Source: Phoronis australis (taxonomy: Eukaryota > Animalia > Phoronida). Taken from it: DNA of 64,000 nt. Below, one piece after another: positions 26,299-40,294 of the stretch. The DNA lies in assembly GCA_002633005.1 (NCBI GenBank), contig NMRA01000470.1, forward strand, positions 62,001 through 126,000, in the 5' to 3' direction. The notes below the pieces were generated by a model, which did not search any database, was not told where the DNA came from, and worked only from the letters and a program-made list of their open reading frames with translations. The position numbers were made by a program, and so were the translations under genes. Positions within the stretch are counted from its first letter, which is position 1. Every line of letters starts with the position of its first letter.

Positions 26299-29200
26299 TT
26301 TCCTGTAAGACAACAGACACACGTTATATTTCCAGAGTTAGTCAAAGAAGTAGATTCATTTGCCCAAGACAGACAACAAGTCCATTGAAATGTGTATGCA
26401 CTACCAACTGAAACCCAGTGAGGCCTGTGCAGTGTCTCTTAACAATCAGGAGCGCGGAATGACTTGCGAAGTTTGTAATCACAGGGCATTTCGATCTTCC
26501 GTATACTTCACCAGAGTAATTTTCGAGAATATGAAAACGTGCCAAAGCATATAACACTGTCCTACTGGACGCATTACCACTCAATTTTATATGCTATGGC
26601 TAGATGTTACGGGAATCTTCATTTAGATAAATATACCTTATTCAACTCATTGTTGTATACCTCTCTGTACGGTTCTGTGGAAGGCCAGAGGAACCTGATT
26701 TTGCGCCTCCCGACGAGTAAGTAGATTTACAATTTCGCGGCGAATTCATCAAAATATTCGCGTGCTTGTTATATCTTCGGATTGCTAGTCTCGTCGTTTC
26801 GTTATTGGAAGTTTAGTTTCCAACTTTTGCAGCCCCGGCGACTAACCCGGCTAGTTAATGTCCGTAATGTCTCCAGTCCGGCCACGACACGGCCTGATCG
26901 GGTTCTGAGCGTCTGGATTACAACACTTAGTATAAAATTCCAAAACACAGCTATGCTCGCCTGTTTTCATATCACAAAAGAATAATTCCAATTTATCCCC
27001 AAACAAACTCCAAGCTTCCAGCGACCGACCTTGGTAAGTTGGCCTACCAAACTTTGTAGACTTCAAAATGTCTATAAATCCGTGACGGCGAAATGAAACA
27101 ACTCGTTTGTTTAAGACGTCGATGTATTTGTAAGAGTTTTACATTAGCATTTTAATGATTTATTCGTGTAAAACGATGAATTCAAGCGTTTAGCTGACAC
27201 CATTAAGCGTCTTGTGAACTGCTGAGCAGACTGTGTTAGAACCTGTGACATTATTGGTTAATTTCAGCACTTCCGTCTAGTGTCAGGTGAAAGAACTAAC
27301 CTCTTGAATTTAAACTAGCAATATACATTTGATGGCTTGAAATGATAACGACGTGAGGTGTGCAGGATTCTATTTCACGAGGATTCCGCATAGTTAGTTA
27401 TCCGAAAATCACTTGAGACACTGATTCACCAAATATTCTCCCATGACAAAACCCGAGAAAGCAAAATGCACACCAACCTTGGCGACACGATTGAGGGCGT
27501 CGCAATCACACTTAGGTTTTGGTTCCACGCAAAGCGCGGTTGTGTGTCGGTGCGAAATACAGTATTTTCTTGGCCAACCCACAACAAAAATCCCGCGGAC
27601 TTCGCCGTCTTTTTTCCAAGTAAACGCCTCGCCGCATTCATCTGACCATCACAAAAGTTGTTTTGTCCCAGGTAAAATCACACTTGGGCACGAAAAAAAA
27701 GTCCAGCAACTCCGCCTATCGGGCACAAAAAGATTTCATGTCCGCAGCCAACTCCATTGTGCTAACAAGCAGGACAATTTTTTCATTCCGCCCCATCCAA
27801 TTTTACGCTTGTGGGTTGGGAAAATGTTAAGTGCCCCAAGCCAACTCCTCGCTGTCGACTTACTAACCACCTCTGCTATTGCTACTCAAACCTGTTAAGG
27901 TGTCATATCACTTAAAAGTTATATGACACCAATAACATGCCGTTGCTCATCTATCACCACGGCTCATTAACTGTGTTTACATATGCTAATAAAGTAACTC
28001 AAGCGATATGAGTCAATGTCATTTGTTAAACTCGTTTTCACGAATGCGGCTGACGCCCCAAGTTTGAACTCGATCACCCCTAGAGCCTCTTCGCGTGTGC
28101 CGAACGCTTGAGTTCTCTATCGGAGTGGAGTCCAGAAGCAGTAATTTCGAAAAGTTGGGGTTTAAGGAATACATTCATGTTTCAAGTGAAAAAATTTCAT
28201 TTAATCAAGCCTTTTATAGGCTTAACATGAAAATGCCAGTGGACTACTGCACAAACAGGTTCAAGTCACCGAACCGACTTACGTACATGTAGTAAGACTG
28301 AGCTTTTTCACTTTGAGAGCACGGAAAATCTTACGTAGGCTGTCTTAGTAATAGTAGCTTTAGCGGTAGTGTTTGCTTTCCTGTTTTAGGTTTATTTGTC
28401 AGTTAGTCGTGTTACAAAAGCCAGGTGTCTAACGTTAACCAACTAAGATCTAAAAGGTGGCATACACTAGCCCACAATACACAGGTAAATGTGTTCACAA
28501 AAATGAACAATTTAAAGGTAGCGAACTAAAAAAATTAAACTTCATCCAAGAATACACTGCTATTGATGTCATTTTTTGTTTATACACTGATACGAATTCT
28601 TGAAATGTATTTGTTGTGCTAGAAAATTTGACGTCGTAGATAATTTCGTGACTAAATCTTCTGTACTTACCAGAACTTCAATATGATACCTCGTACACTA
28701 ACTAAGGAGAAACTTTTCCTTGACTAACTTCAGTGTATTTGATTTATACTGCAGAGCTATTAACAGTAACAATAAATATATCGTGGAAACCTGTTTGTCG
28801 AGAATAACGACCTTAACATAGAGACCGAGCATCTTAATTAATCACTGGCGACCTTTAACCCTGTCTTATCCGGTGCCACTCGCACATTGTGGTTGTTTTG
28901 TGGGCGTATCCAATATTCTTTTCGAAATTAATTTCCACAGGTTGATTTAAAAATATCTGACCACCTGTTTTTGTGCATGTGTACAATATTCTTTTTGAAG
29001 TTAATTTTCTGGCCACAGATACTAAGGATCAAAACTCGTGAATTAAACAACTTTTAAAATATGAAAATAATGTTAGCACATGAAGCTTAAGATCTTGAAC
29101 AGACTTGATGACTGCAAAATCATTTTGTGTGCACGAAATGTCCCAATTTTCATTGTCACGTGACCGCGTTTTGCCTAAAAGAATGGTAGTTTTTTATTTT

Positions 29201-30549
29201 CATCCACCCCTTGTTAGAGTAAACAAACCAATGTACGGACCACGTAAAAATTGGTCTACGTGGTCGGGAGGATAAGATCTGTTGAAACCGTGACAACAGT
29301 AGCCTCGGCAGGCTATTTAGAGGCTACAATACCCCTGCGTCGCTTTCTAGGTACTAACCTCATAACCCGTGTATTTAAACGCGCTGTAAAAACAAATCCG
29401 GTCACTGTACATTCGGTAAAAGTGCGGTACTTGACAAGGTTGGCCACAGAAATTCATGCATAGTTATTTACATACTTACATAGTCTCCAATACAGAAAAT
29501 ACAAGCCTTTAAATTATTTCAGTTGCGTTCGAAAGTTATTCCTGTCTCTAATCACTCAGCACCAGTATACCGACAAAGCCGAGATCCCATAAATTAAAGC
29601 TTAAATCTCAGTTCATAAATAATCTTTCTGTGTCCAGACGAGCCAACCATTACTGGTTCCTTTGGCCAATGCAAACCTACAACATCCATACACTGGTGAC
29701 GTAAATATGCTATTTTCACCTTTTACTTCCATTTGCTTGTCGAGTCTCTATAACTCGTAAAGTACCTCGTCTTCTGTACTCTTTCTCGTTCTTTTGTAGG
29801 GTAGTGTTCTCGTGTTACACAAACCCAACTCAAAACCGTGCGCTAGCTCGTGCATAGTTTCAGAAATTGCAGTTGCAAAATCGAAGCTCTAATGGCATAA
29901 CCAGTCAACAGACATACACGAGTGCTCGAAGCAAAGTACGTGAGCTCTAACTCGGCAGACACTCCTAGTGAATAAGGAAGCAACTAATGATCTTGCTTAT
30001 CCAGAGTTGCAGCAGGCCATGCAGTCTGTGATGCTGCTGGAGACTACTGTGTGGTAGCTTAGGTGTGAATTAAATTTTAAACAGTTAAATATACTTTGGT
30101 TTGTGTTCAGGTCACGCCTTTGAACTGAGCGTGAACCGGACCACTTTTTGACATACCCTAAACATCAATTAAACTTTAGCTTTTGAAGAAGCTCTCAGTT
30201 TGAGGTGTTATCTGAGGAATACCAGAACACTTAATTAATAAATTCTTGTTGTGATCTTTTGAAAATTCATTTCATCTTTTTCTGCATAACAGTCTTGCAG
30301 TGGGTACACAAGCTAACATTTTCTGTAGTTACATTTAGTGCTAGTCTGGATACCAGCTTTTGGATACAAAGTTAATCATTTTGACGCCCACAGAAAGTAT
30401 ACAAGTAAGCGTTGGTATCTCTTTTAACTTACAACAGCCTTGGAATCTAACTGATCTGCCAAAATAAAAAAGTTAGGTTTATATGCGCTGCAAGATGGCA
30501 TAAACTTTATTGCAGACCTCTGAGTCTTCAGTAACACACTGCAAGTTAC

Positions 30550-31250
30550 AACAAGAATTTGACTTGGGATCATAGATTATGGATGTCCTGAATAATTACA
30601 GTAGAAAACTCAGGACCCCCTATTCTTTAAAACGTGGATGAACTCCTGCCTAGGTGGCACCGAACAATTTGCCACCCTGTGACAAATGCTTTTATGTATA
30701 TTGATTTTTTTTTGAGTATCATATGTTTTACACCCTTCATGTGGGTAAATTCATTTTAATTTCTGGCAATGAAATTGAAAGATTTGTTATTCTTTCTGAA
30801 GGAAAACGTCATATTCAAGAAAAAGAGCAGAAGTTGTTTGCCCATTCCAGTGAGGGCTTATAAGATCAATAACCATATCAACTATCTGATGGAACTGATT
30901 GTGAACCACTGGTTGATGAAGGTTGGCATTCTGTGGTGGGCAATCAAAATATATAGAATTATTTTCATTATTGCAGACTATGAACTCACCAAAGCTTTTG
31001 TAAATTGAGATTTGGTTGGTTTTGGATGGGATTTGCAACAGAGATTTGATTTGATTTACTTGGCAAAAATATGTTTTTCTTCAAAAAGTGATTTGAATTA
31101 CATGACTGTACATCTGTTTAAATCATTTGAAGACTCCAAACTAGTCCAAAGTATCTATAAGAGACTTTGTGGTCTCGGTTATATGAATATGACCCACCTT
31201 AAAATGGAAAAGAACAGGCCCTCAAAAAAATTACTACACAATTTTGTAAA
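30550..31250 (+). mobile_element. Highly decayed LINE 3' remnant (RTE-X-like)
   Basis: Traces resembling IDYG..W, FG..W..Q and the R....H.L.IE region, broken by many stops and frameshifts. Confidence 0.3.
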
Positions 31251-32342
31251 ATATTTCTCACTGATATGTGTTGTCAGTACTAAAACAAATCTGTATGCCA
31301 CGGTTTAGTGAATACTTTCAGGTAATAATGAGACGCAGTTAGCAGCTTGCTGCTCACAGCATTGTTTCTTTTTCAGTTGGCATTTCTTGACACCTGTGAC
31401 AAGGGCACCATGATGGAATTTCTAATGTTGCTGGGTAAGGATCCAATGAAGTGAGCTCTGGTAGCCTAAACACTAGTCTAGGTTCTCGCATGGCGACATT
31501 CAACAGTAGGCCTCTCAATTCCTGCTCTCATTCATGCGACTGATTCGACCCTAAAGTGAAAGTGATTCATTGGCTACATTCACATTAATGAGAACAATTT
31601 ATTTTAAACACTATAACTTTTATCTGTAATAACTGTCTGAATTTATTTGCCAACATGTACAAAGATACCCACTGTATGACTATTAGTTGTTTTCATTAAA
31701 ACCGTCCATACTTCTTCTGTCCTCAAGAAGACTTTCGACTTGCAAGTCTCGGTACTAATCTCTGCTTCCTCCATTCTTCCAAGATGGCGTGGATTAATCT
31801 TGCCTTCAATAACCTAATGTTAGTCGAACTGGTTGATCAGGTGTGCTTGAAGGTGAATGCTATTCGGCATAAATTGTAGTCATTGTTAATCCTTGGGAAA
31901 GCCACTAGATAATTATAAAAAGTGAAATAGAGATTAAGCCAGCGTTACATATGTTTTAATTAAAACCTCAGACGCAGCCTGAATCAGTACGGTTCAATGG
32001 AGGTTGGCATGTATAGGATCAAGGTGCTAGCAAGGCCCAGTAAGTCAATTATGTCATTACAATTCTCTTCAAACGAACTTTCTTTGGAATGGAGTAGAAT
32101 ATGAACATATCCAATCCTAAATAAAAGAAAATCGTCTATTCATTATAAAAAGCACCTGTATTTATTATACATAAAATTAATATACTTTTTGAAAATGTCG
32201 ACTCTTTGCACCACCAGATCATTCACAGCTGGGGGTCAATGCGATTTCATGGCCATCACCTGCGTCTATTAAATGCCAGCTAGCATCTCTCACTAAAATC
32301 GCATGCAGCCAAGGCCATCAGAAATTAAAGTCTTTTAATTGA

Positions 32343-32417
<75 letters not shown>

Positions 32418-32418
32418 C
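32343..32418. repeat. (CA)n microsatellite
   Basis: Visible CA run with two interruptions. Confidence 0.97.
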
Positions 32419-34029
32419 CTCACAGTCACACTCTCACAAAACCAGAAATGTCCATTATTTGAAGAACCGTGTGAACGGAGAGGAATCTGTTCTCGGGACT
32501 GGGGTCTGGTTGGCGTTTTTATGTTGTATGGGTATGGGGATTTGTATTGTGGATTTGGATTTGCTGGTCTAGGATTGACGTTTGGAGAGTCGTGACATAA
32601 TTTAGAGAACCAGCCATGGAATCGTTTCCATCCCTTGCCCTCCGTCCAATACTCTATTACAAACATCACAATGTCAAGCAGGCAGCTTATTTCTTGAAAG
32701 CAACTGCTAACGTTTTTGTAAGAAATCATGCGCCTACCTGTTGTGATTTCTTGTGTTTAGCTGACAAGTCCCAAAGCACCTAACTCACCAAGATCGCTTA
32801 TGCTCGACATGTTTTTCTTTCGTCAGCTGGTTCATTATGGGTAATCACTCCACTGGCAGCTCCGCATAAATAACGAAGATCTGCCCACAATTTATAAATT
32901 AAAAAATAATAGTAAAATAACGACAGTATGTACATGGCTATAATTTACGAAAAGTGTTAAATGTAGTGATATCTTTCGACTGGTAAAATCCAATTTTGTG
33001 TTCCAAGTTGGTGAAAGTAAAGGAAACAGAATATTTAACAATATATGCTTTTACAATAAATATTTGTAGAGTCAAACCTCGACGCTAAGGTTCAGAATTT
33101 CAACTCAGATTCGACTCAGACTCAAAATAATGAATAGCGATATATAATTGGAATAGTTTACTCGAAGAATGGCATGCAATTGATCAATTTTCGGCATGAA
33201 TTTCGAGTAGAGAGATTAGACCTTGTTGCGACCTAAATTGTTGTAATCGATGTTAATTGCCTCCCGATTAACAATTGAAATATGGTTGAAGTTACGAATT
33301 TTGTCTGCTGTTTATCCCAAAGCAATTGCCGCATTCACCACAGATTATCTTAAAAATACAGATTTCCGTCTTTGCTGCTTGTCATTCGTTCCCTTTTCTT
33401 GACTCTCTTCCCTAGTCTGACGATAGTTGGTTGTCGGCATTTGTCTCTGTTCTTTTCGCGGTTTCAGATTGTACTCCATCATGCAACAGTCAATCAAAGC
33501 CAGAAGGAAGCAGAGCGACAAAGCTATCGCAGAAGAGGCAATGGCCAGCGCATAGTTACGAGCAACCTCGAGGACTGGCGTCACTTCCTGCTTCGGCGGA
33601 GCTTCTGAAACGTGTATACATGTACAAAATTTTGCCTTTATCAGGTCTCACGACAACAATTCAAGTAATAAATATTGAATGATTTTTCATCAACTAGTGA
33701 TTCACTTAGTTTGCATAAAGGATGGTAACGTGCCATTGTAACGCACACGCGATTTTGCAAATTCTGTTAACTATATTTCATGTATAAGGAAGTTTTCCAC
33801 GCACACAAATCTACTTGTAGCCTTAGCCTATACAATGTCCACAAACTACTTCAAAACATGGATTGCAAACTACCTCCTAATAAAAAAGATCCAGTGTTCG
33901 TTTTAAGTTGTTGGACAACAGTGGTAAAATCTATAATGATTCTAATTACAAAGATTATCTTTCAAACAAGTCAAAGAACTTTGCGTAAATTAGTTACCTG
34001 CACATTGTGTCGTCAAGTTTGAAAATGTA

Positions 34030-34140
34030 TCGTCCTTGTGCAGCTGAAATTTCGTGATGTTCAAGCTAATGCAGCTTTCCGTGCACTCATTTCTTCTCCT
34101 CTCGTCGACCGCGTTGAAGAGGTCGTGCACCTTGGACGTT
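34030..34140 (-). pseudogene. Frameshifted pipsqueak-type HTH remnant (pogo/Tigger-like DNA-binding domain)
   Basis: Reading across frames gives DLFNAV / GEEMSARKAALA / NITKFQLHK, close to the psq pattern A..AV..G.MS.RKAA..YNIP.STL. Confidence 0.5.
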
Positions 34141-35489
34141 CTATGTTGCTGCGCTTTATCGAAACTGAGGCCATTGGGGAATTCGAACTGGGGGGTGCCT
34201 TCGATTTCGCCGTGGTTGAATTGGCTATTTGGCTGATGGAATGTTTTATTGGCGGCAAGAGACAGGTGAAGAAACACTGCAAGATATTTAACATCATTAA
34301 GATACACTCGTTCCCCTCTTTTTTTGGCTATTGTGAAATTTACGCCACACATTTCTGTTTACGCTCCTGTGAGTTGAATAGACCTTTGATATGTTATCAA
34401 TATGAGGAGCATTCCCGTTTAAACCAGCGGAATAGTTCGGAAATTTTATGAATGTTGGAGTCCAGCTGAGAGAACAACGAACTAATTTTTTATCTTCTCA
34501 AATAGATGGGCATAATCTTTTAAAGCTGTATTTTGACCTGTTTAGGTACCTAAACAAGTCAACCAAAATCGAATTCCCCAACTTACTCTCATAAAATCGG
34601 CCTCATAATCATCATTACAGTGATAACATTCTGTTTTCGTTACTAAATTATGTCATTTTCTAATTCACAATTTTGGGGTTAGCCAGCCCAATGAAGGATT
34701 TTCTTTGGTTGCTGAAGGTTTCGATGTTCTTGTTGGCAGCGGAAACAGAATTTTGTCAAGGTAACGGATATTGTGAGAGTAAAAGTCTGAATTTGATCAT
34801 CGTTTTTAGCCACTAAACAGGGCGAAATGCAGCTTTAAAAATAACCTCGATATTAAATCATTCACATGACGAGCAGCGAGGAAGAATAGAGACGCCAGTT
34901 CAAAATAAGTCTAGAAACCTGAAAATTCAAAATATGCATTGTGACGTCATCGATGGAAACCCCCTTTATGACACTGTTGGCCTACATGTATCTTCATCTA
35001 AAGAGTAGAAATTAAACAGTAAAATAAACATTTAATTGGTAAATAAAATTCGGGCATTAGCCGAGGATGAGTTACAAGCTCTGGCGACTTATTCCCACAA
35101 TGGTCCAGGACCGTCTAACGCAGTTTGAAGCAAAGTGCGAAGAAATGTGGAATTCATGCAGACATGGAAACGACTTTTGGGACGTCTCTAGATGACAACG
35201 ATGGCTCCAGTTAACATTTAGACGCAGAACAAAGTACAAGTACAGTATTACACTCAGCTTACCCAAAGGTGCAAGCCAACTCAGAGATGCACTTCTCGTC
35301 TGAAGACACAACGAAGAACCTTAAAAACAATGGTTCAAATGTATTGACAGTGAAAAGTATAAATGACGATCATCTAAGGTTACTGTAACGATTTCTGTAG
35401 GCACAAGACATTTGTCAGTAAAGCATATACAGTGTTACCTAGTGAAGATTTGCACGATATTTCTTCTACGCCATTTTGTCGCGTCTGCG

Positions 35490-38400
35490 GTACGCAACCC
35501 TGGTTTCGGATTCTCACAAGCATTGCCACAACACTCACAAATACAATCACCCGGGCGCCCATAAGTGTTGGTCTTCACAGCATACATTGTAGCACCCCTC
35601 TCCCTGGGGGATCAGTAACATGTGTCGCACGCCATAATTTATGGTATCACTTTTGCTGGCACATAGTGTCACCTCGTAAAAGAATCTACCATTACTGGAA
35701 TTGCATGGTTGCGTACATGCAGGCTTATGCGACACTGAGTTCAGGCCTCAGTAAAGGCATGAGCAAGTTCAAACGTCCAAGAGAGATTTCCAGGTAGTTG
35801 AAATGGATGTGAAAGAGGGGAGAGAATGCGGATCTGCTGTGAAGCTCTGGAGTTGCCTTCCATAAAAACTTGATGGCAACGTCTACTAAGAAGCTTGCAC
35901 GCGACTTGGCGTTCCAGAGAGAGCGTCTGCTTCCTTCGACTTTGTGTATTAAAACACGCAAGTAGGTGTTTCGTGTTGTTCTTGTCATTTCTTACACTAG
36001 ATTATTCTACAGATCCTGAGTTCAAATATGGAGAGGGTAAATTGTCTCTTTAGTAACCCAAGTAGTCCTGTTTACAAATTCAACGTTCATCAAGCGAGTC
36101 CTGCATCAGCCGTGGTAATACGTGACAAAAACCTCCCGTTTGACAGTGGTTTCTACATCCAAGCTAAATCCAGATATAAATATGGTACACCGTAAGCTTT
36201 TACGTGCACTTTCGTCTGATGTAACGAATCGTAAGATAATTATGTACCGCAGTTCAAAGAGTTAGTAAGAGAATCGAAACTTAACGCATCTATTTTTATA
36301 ACTCATATTTTTATCGTATTTATTCGTGTAAAATTGACCCTAAATTAACATTCGCGAGGAATTCAATTTCAGATGCCAAGCAGTTCGAAAAATCGCCAGC
36401 TTTAGTCCAAAGTTTATCAATTTATTTTACCTAGTGAATTATAGGTGAGAAGCTGATGCGATTATTGCTCTACTCAACACAACATTACATTAGACCCGAT
36501 TTCCTGATAAATGGGACTCTTGACGACACCGCGACTTGTGCAAATCTATTGACAAAGTAGGAGGTGCCCTGAAACGGGTCGAGGTTTAATGATCACCAAC
36601 TATTTCCCGAATCTGCCTTCCGTTCAATTTGCTATAGCTTCATTTTGGGTTACTTTACAATTTCCTGGGCCTCCTCCTGACTCTAGATCCGCCTATTTGG
36701 CAAAAAACCTTCAGTTGGTAAGCAGACTATCTTTCAATGCACATACGGCGACGGAGGGCGACAATATGTATCGAGCGTGAAAATGCATGGCAACACACAT
36801 TTGTCAGCACAACTTACACGCTGTGAGCCTAGAGGTATAGACCTACCGAAGTAGTAGTGTTTGAGACTGTCGTCAACGACGTTAATCCTGAACTTGTAGG
36901 TGCTGCCCCGTAAGGTGCACACCCTCATAACTGACTCTTGTAAAAGATATTTAGTAGATTTAACACGTTACCACATTCTGCCATCCCCATCCCCAGTCTT
37001 CCGTTCGCATCCACTTCACTGTAGTGAGCGAAATGGATTCAAGCACGTGAAAAACTCGTGTTTGATGAAATAAAGTGTGCATTGTTGCCGCCAAAATAAT
37101 AAAATTTGCAAAACTTTCCATTCGTTGTTTCGGGTGCTCTCGAACGATAGACTTTTCCAAGGTTGAGATCGACCGTTTTGTCAGTACTCAGGCTGATAAC
37201 CATGTCAACGAGGTTTGTTGTTTGTAGTGTCGGACATGGACATATAGTTTGTGGACTGGACATTATTTGTTTTCGACACCCACCTCAGAGAATACAACAC
37301 CATGGAATCTCCAGCGCTTGTTTGTTGAAGATTTAGAAATAACCAGCTGACAAATAGTACCGGGTGGTTTATTTAGAAATATTACTTATCTACAAGGCAT
37401 GTGCGCACCCAGGGGGGCTCAGGGGCTCGAAAGAAACCCCCATTTGGCGACGTGGGCACAAATGTCAGCCTCAGAGAAACAAAAAGTCCAAAAAGTAGCA
37501 AAAGAGACACTAGACCACTAAAAAGGCAGGAACTACCAAAATTTGGCAAATACACAATGATCATAACTGTGAACGTACTCGGTTTTTTCAGTAAAACGTC
37601 CACATTCTCAAAAAATCGAGCCCACACCCATTTTTAGGCTTGGTGCGCGCATGCTAGGACACCGATATTTGGTGTTTTGAGGACCCTCTTGGAAAGCAGT
37701 GCTATCATTGCAGAGGTCACCTCATTTTAAATATCACAGTAAATGAATAAATAAATAATCTTATAATGATGCACCTTCTTTCCAAGACCTTTTGATTAAG
37801 ACAACTTAATGCTATAAAATCGGTTTCGTTTTTTTCTTACTCAGGTTAGGCATGCTTTCTGGGCTTGAAGATAACTATCACGTCGTTAGTGTTCCAGAAC
37901 AAACCCATTAAGGTGCTTGTCAATCACGGCGAGTTCGTCCTTTAGTCGCCATGGCAGTATGGCTGGCCGTCGCGGGAATCCCGCGCCATTATTTAAGCGG
38001 TTTCTATTTCAACAAAGGATAAAAATCCCCAAGATGTCGTTTAAGAAGAGCAAAAACACCTGTGGACAACTATTTTTTTTACACAAGGTCTTGGGACTAA
38101 TCTCTGAATTCAAAATTCGACACTAAAATTGACCAATTCTATAAACTTTCAAAATTGGAGTACGACTTGCATCATGAAGCATGATCAAGTCCAAATTGAG
38201 TTCAGACTTTGAACCCAGAACGTGGATTTTAATCTTTGAAAGCCAAATTATTTTGACAATTTCCGTTCTAATTTGATACGAACTCAATAACTGTTTATCA
38301 TGTGTGCTTGACTATGTTATGGTTTACGCAACTAAGTATCTAATCCAAGTTTGCACTCGATGGGTCCGAGATTCTGATAAAAAACTCGAGTAAAAAATAC

Positions 38401-39650
38401 AATGCCCTCGAACACAGAATAATAGACTCTTAAGTTCATATTAAAGTAGAAAGGAATTTGTCCAAAATGATTTCGAGGACAAGTAACAGGCTCCAGGGCC
38501 GTAGCATGGTTAATGTCTTTAGTTGTGTTCACTGAAATAGACCTTGGCAAAACATGTCACTCATCAATTTCCACTCTGCCTGGTAGAACTTAAACATGTA
38601 GTTATGTAGATACTATCCAGGAACATGGCCATTGAGTCTGACAATGGACAGGCATATGCCTGCGATTTACAATCCATCAGAGTGGTGTGTTTACGACTAA
38701 GCTTTAAGTGATGGCTGTGCAGGGCTGTCAATAAAAACAAGGAAACGTGCTAGAGAAGGTGCAGGTAGGCTATATGCACTAAATCAGAGTAATTCTGATT
38801 TTCAAAATCAAAGATATTTTTAGTGAACACAGAAATGTTAGAATTTGAGCTCAAGAAGGAAGTAAATATTCAACCGATAGGGCGACGTCGGCTTAGCCAG
38901 ATTAATTCAAAAACGAATCTTACAATGACATTCATAGGAAGCCATTATCAGGAAGGGACAACTACCTGATGTGCCGTTTTTGGTCTTCATCCCCAGACTA
39001 ATATCAGAAATAGCTTCTCATAGAAAATAAAACAATTGATGTCATCGGAAAGAGTCACTCTTTTTCTATAAAATGAAATCAATTAACTATATTCATGGTT
39101 ATAAACAGCGGCATAATTATACTTTGAAACAGTCAACTTCAGCGCACTCAATCACAACTTCCCGCACGCAGACTCGGGTATTTTACGAGTGAGCCGTGAT
39201 ATGAAGCATATATGGCGCAGTGGTCAACTACCGCCTCATTAGCGTATCGTATTTGCTTCCTGCAATTGGTTACGAGGCTCAAATTGTGTTGATGCAACCG
39301 CCTTCCTTCTTTCATGGATTTCGTCTGAATTTGAAATGGCCCCAAAAATGGTATGCTTCCCCTATTTGAAGGGGGGTGTAAGGAACTGCCTCAGACAGGA
39401 CCGGAATTTATTTATAAAAATTCTTGGTAAATCGGCACTCAGCCGAGGGAAAGTCGGAAATACAATTCTATCTTTGCAAAAGGTGCGTTGCCAATTGTGC
39501 GTTAGTTCAGTTGTACATTACCTTCTACTAGCTTGTCCCTTGTTCACGTACTCTAGTTCACTTGCTCTTCCGGTTAGACCGTTTATTGTCCAGTTCTTGT
39601 TGATCTGGTGTACGAGCTCTATTGTCCATAAAACAGCACAGCTTGTCTTT
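35490..39650 (-). mobile_element. Decayed Academ(X)-like DNA transposase (DDE core, XPG-like region, Cys-rich finger)
   Basis: Collinear motifs with frameshifts: NRRHMPVH..DMFCQGLF/SVNTTKDINHATALE (about 38490-38670, resembling NYAR.LPVH...F..G.F.V......A.DQ.HE); TQNEAI (about 36640, resembling HEEAD); LHVR..(about 28 aa)..NYG...LLIP (35610-35725); and VKTNT..RPGDCICECCGNACENP (35505-35590). No TIRs were found. Confidence 0.55.
37398..37653. mobile_element. MITE family A, inserted in the Academ-like remnant
   Basis: caagg|catgtgcgcacccag ... ttggtgcgcgcatg|ctagg. Confidence 0.85.
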
Positions 39651-40294
39651 TAAGGAACAAACTAATAACAAAAAAGCACCCGCGCCTAAGGAACTAACCA
39701 AAATAGTGGTTACAGGTTCCATGGAAACTTACCAGAACAGGTAAGATAACAATTACTCTCGATATTGAAAATGTCGTTGACTTTGTTCACTTTTATTTAA
39801 AATTTTGTCGTTTTTATGATAATTTAAGGATTTTCTATGAGTGGAGCAGAATTTTTGACAATTGTCGAATCAAAAACATTATGACGTCAATTAAACGAAA
39901 CAACATCTCATTTTCATTTCCTTTGAATTACAGACGCCAGGGTTGCTTCATCTTATTCGACGGCTACCAAAGTTTCACTTGCCAGAGACTCTTTTCCGAA
40001 AACTGTTGAATCGCGTACTGCGCTTAGAGAAATTTTTCAGTTTCACGCAAGTTGTGTTACTTGTAGGTTTTGAACCGAATCTCGAGTAAAGTTTAGTGGA
40101 CAGGGACTCTGATTTTGTACACCATGAGACTTTTTCGATAATCTAAATTGGGCGTGAAATGTTGAGATTCGTGACTTACAAAGGTTCCATTTCCCATAAC
40201 ACTCAACAAATTGTTCTCAATAGTTTACTTACCACGGTAACAGCTGCAATTAAAAGGGCACTTTTATAGCAATTACCGTATGTAAAAATCACTC

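Noticed and set aside
32325-32729. His-Thr-rich and Cys-Val-rich ORFs
   Set aside because: They are translations of the (CA)n microsatellite.
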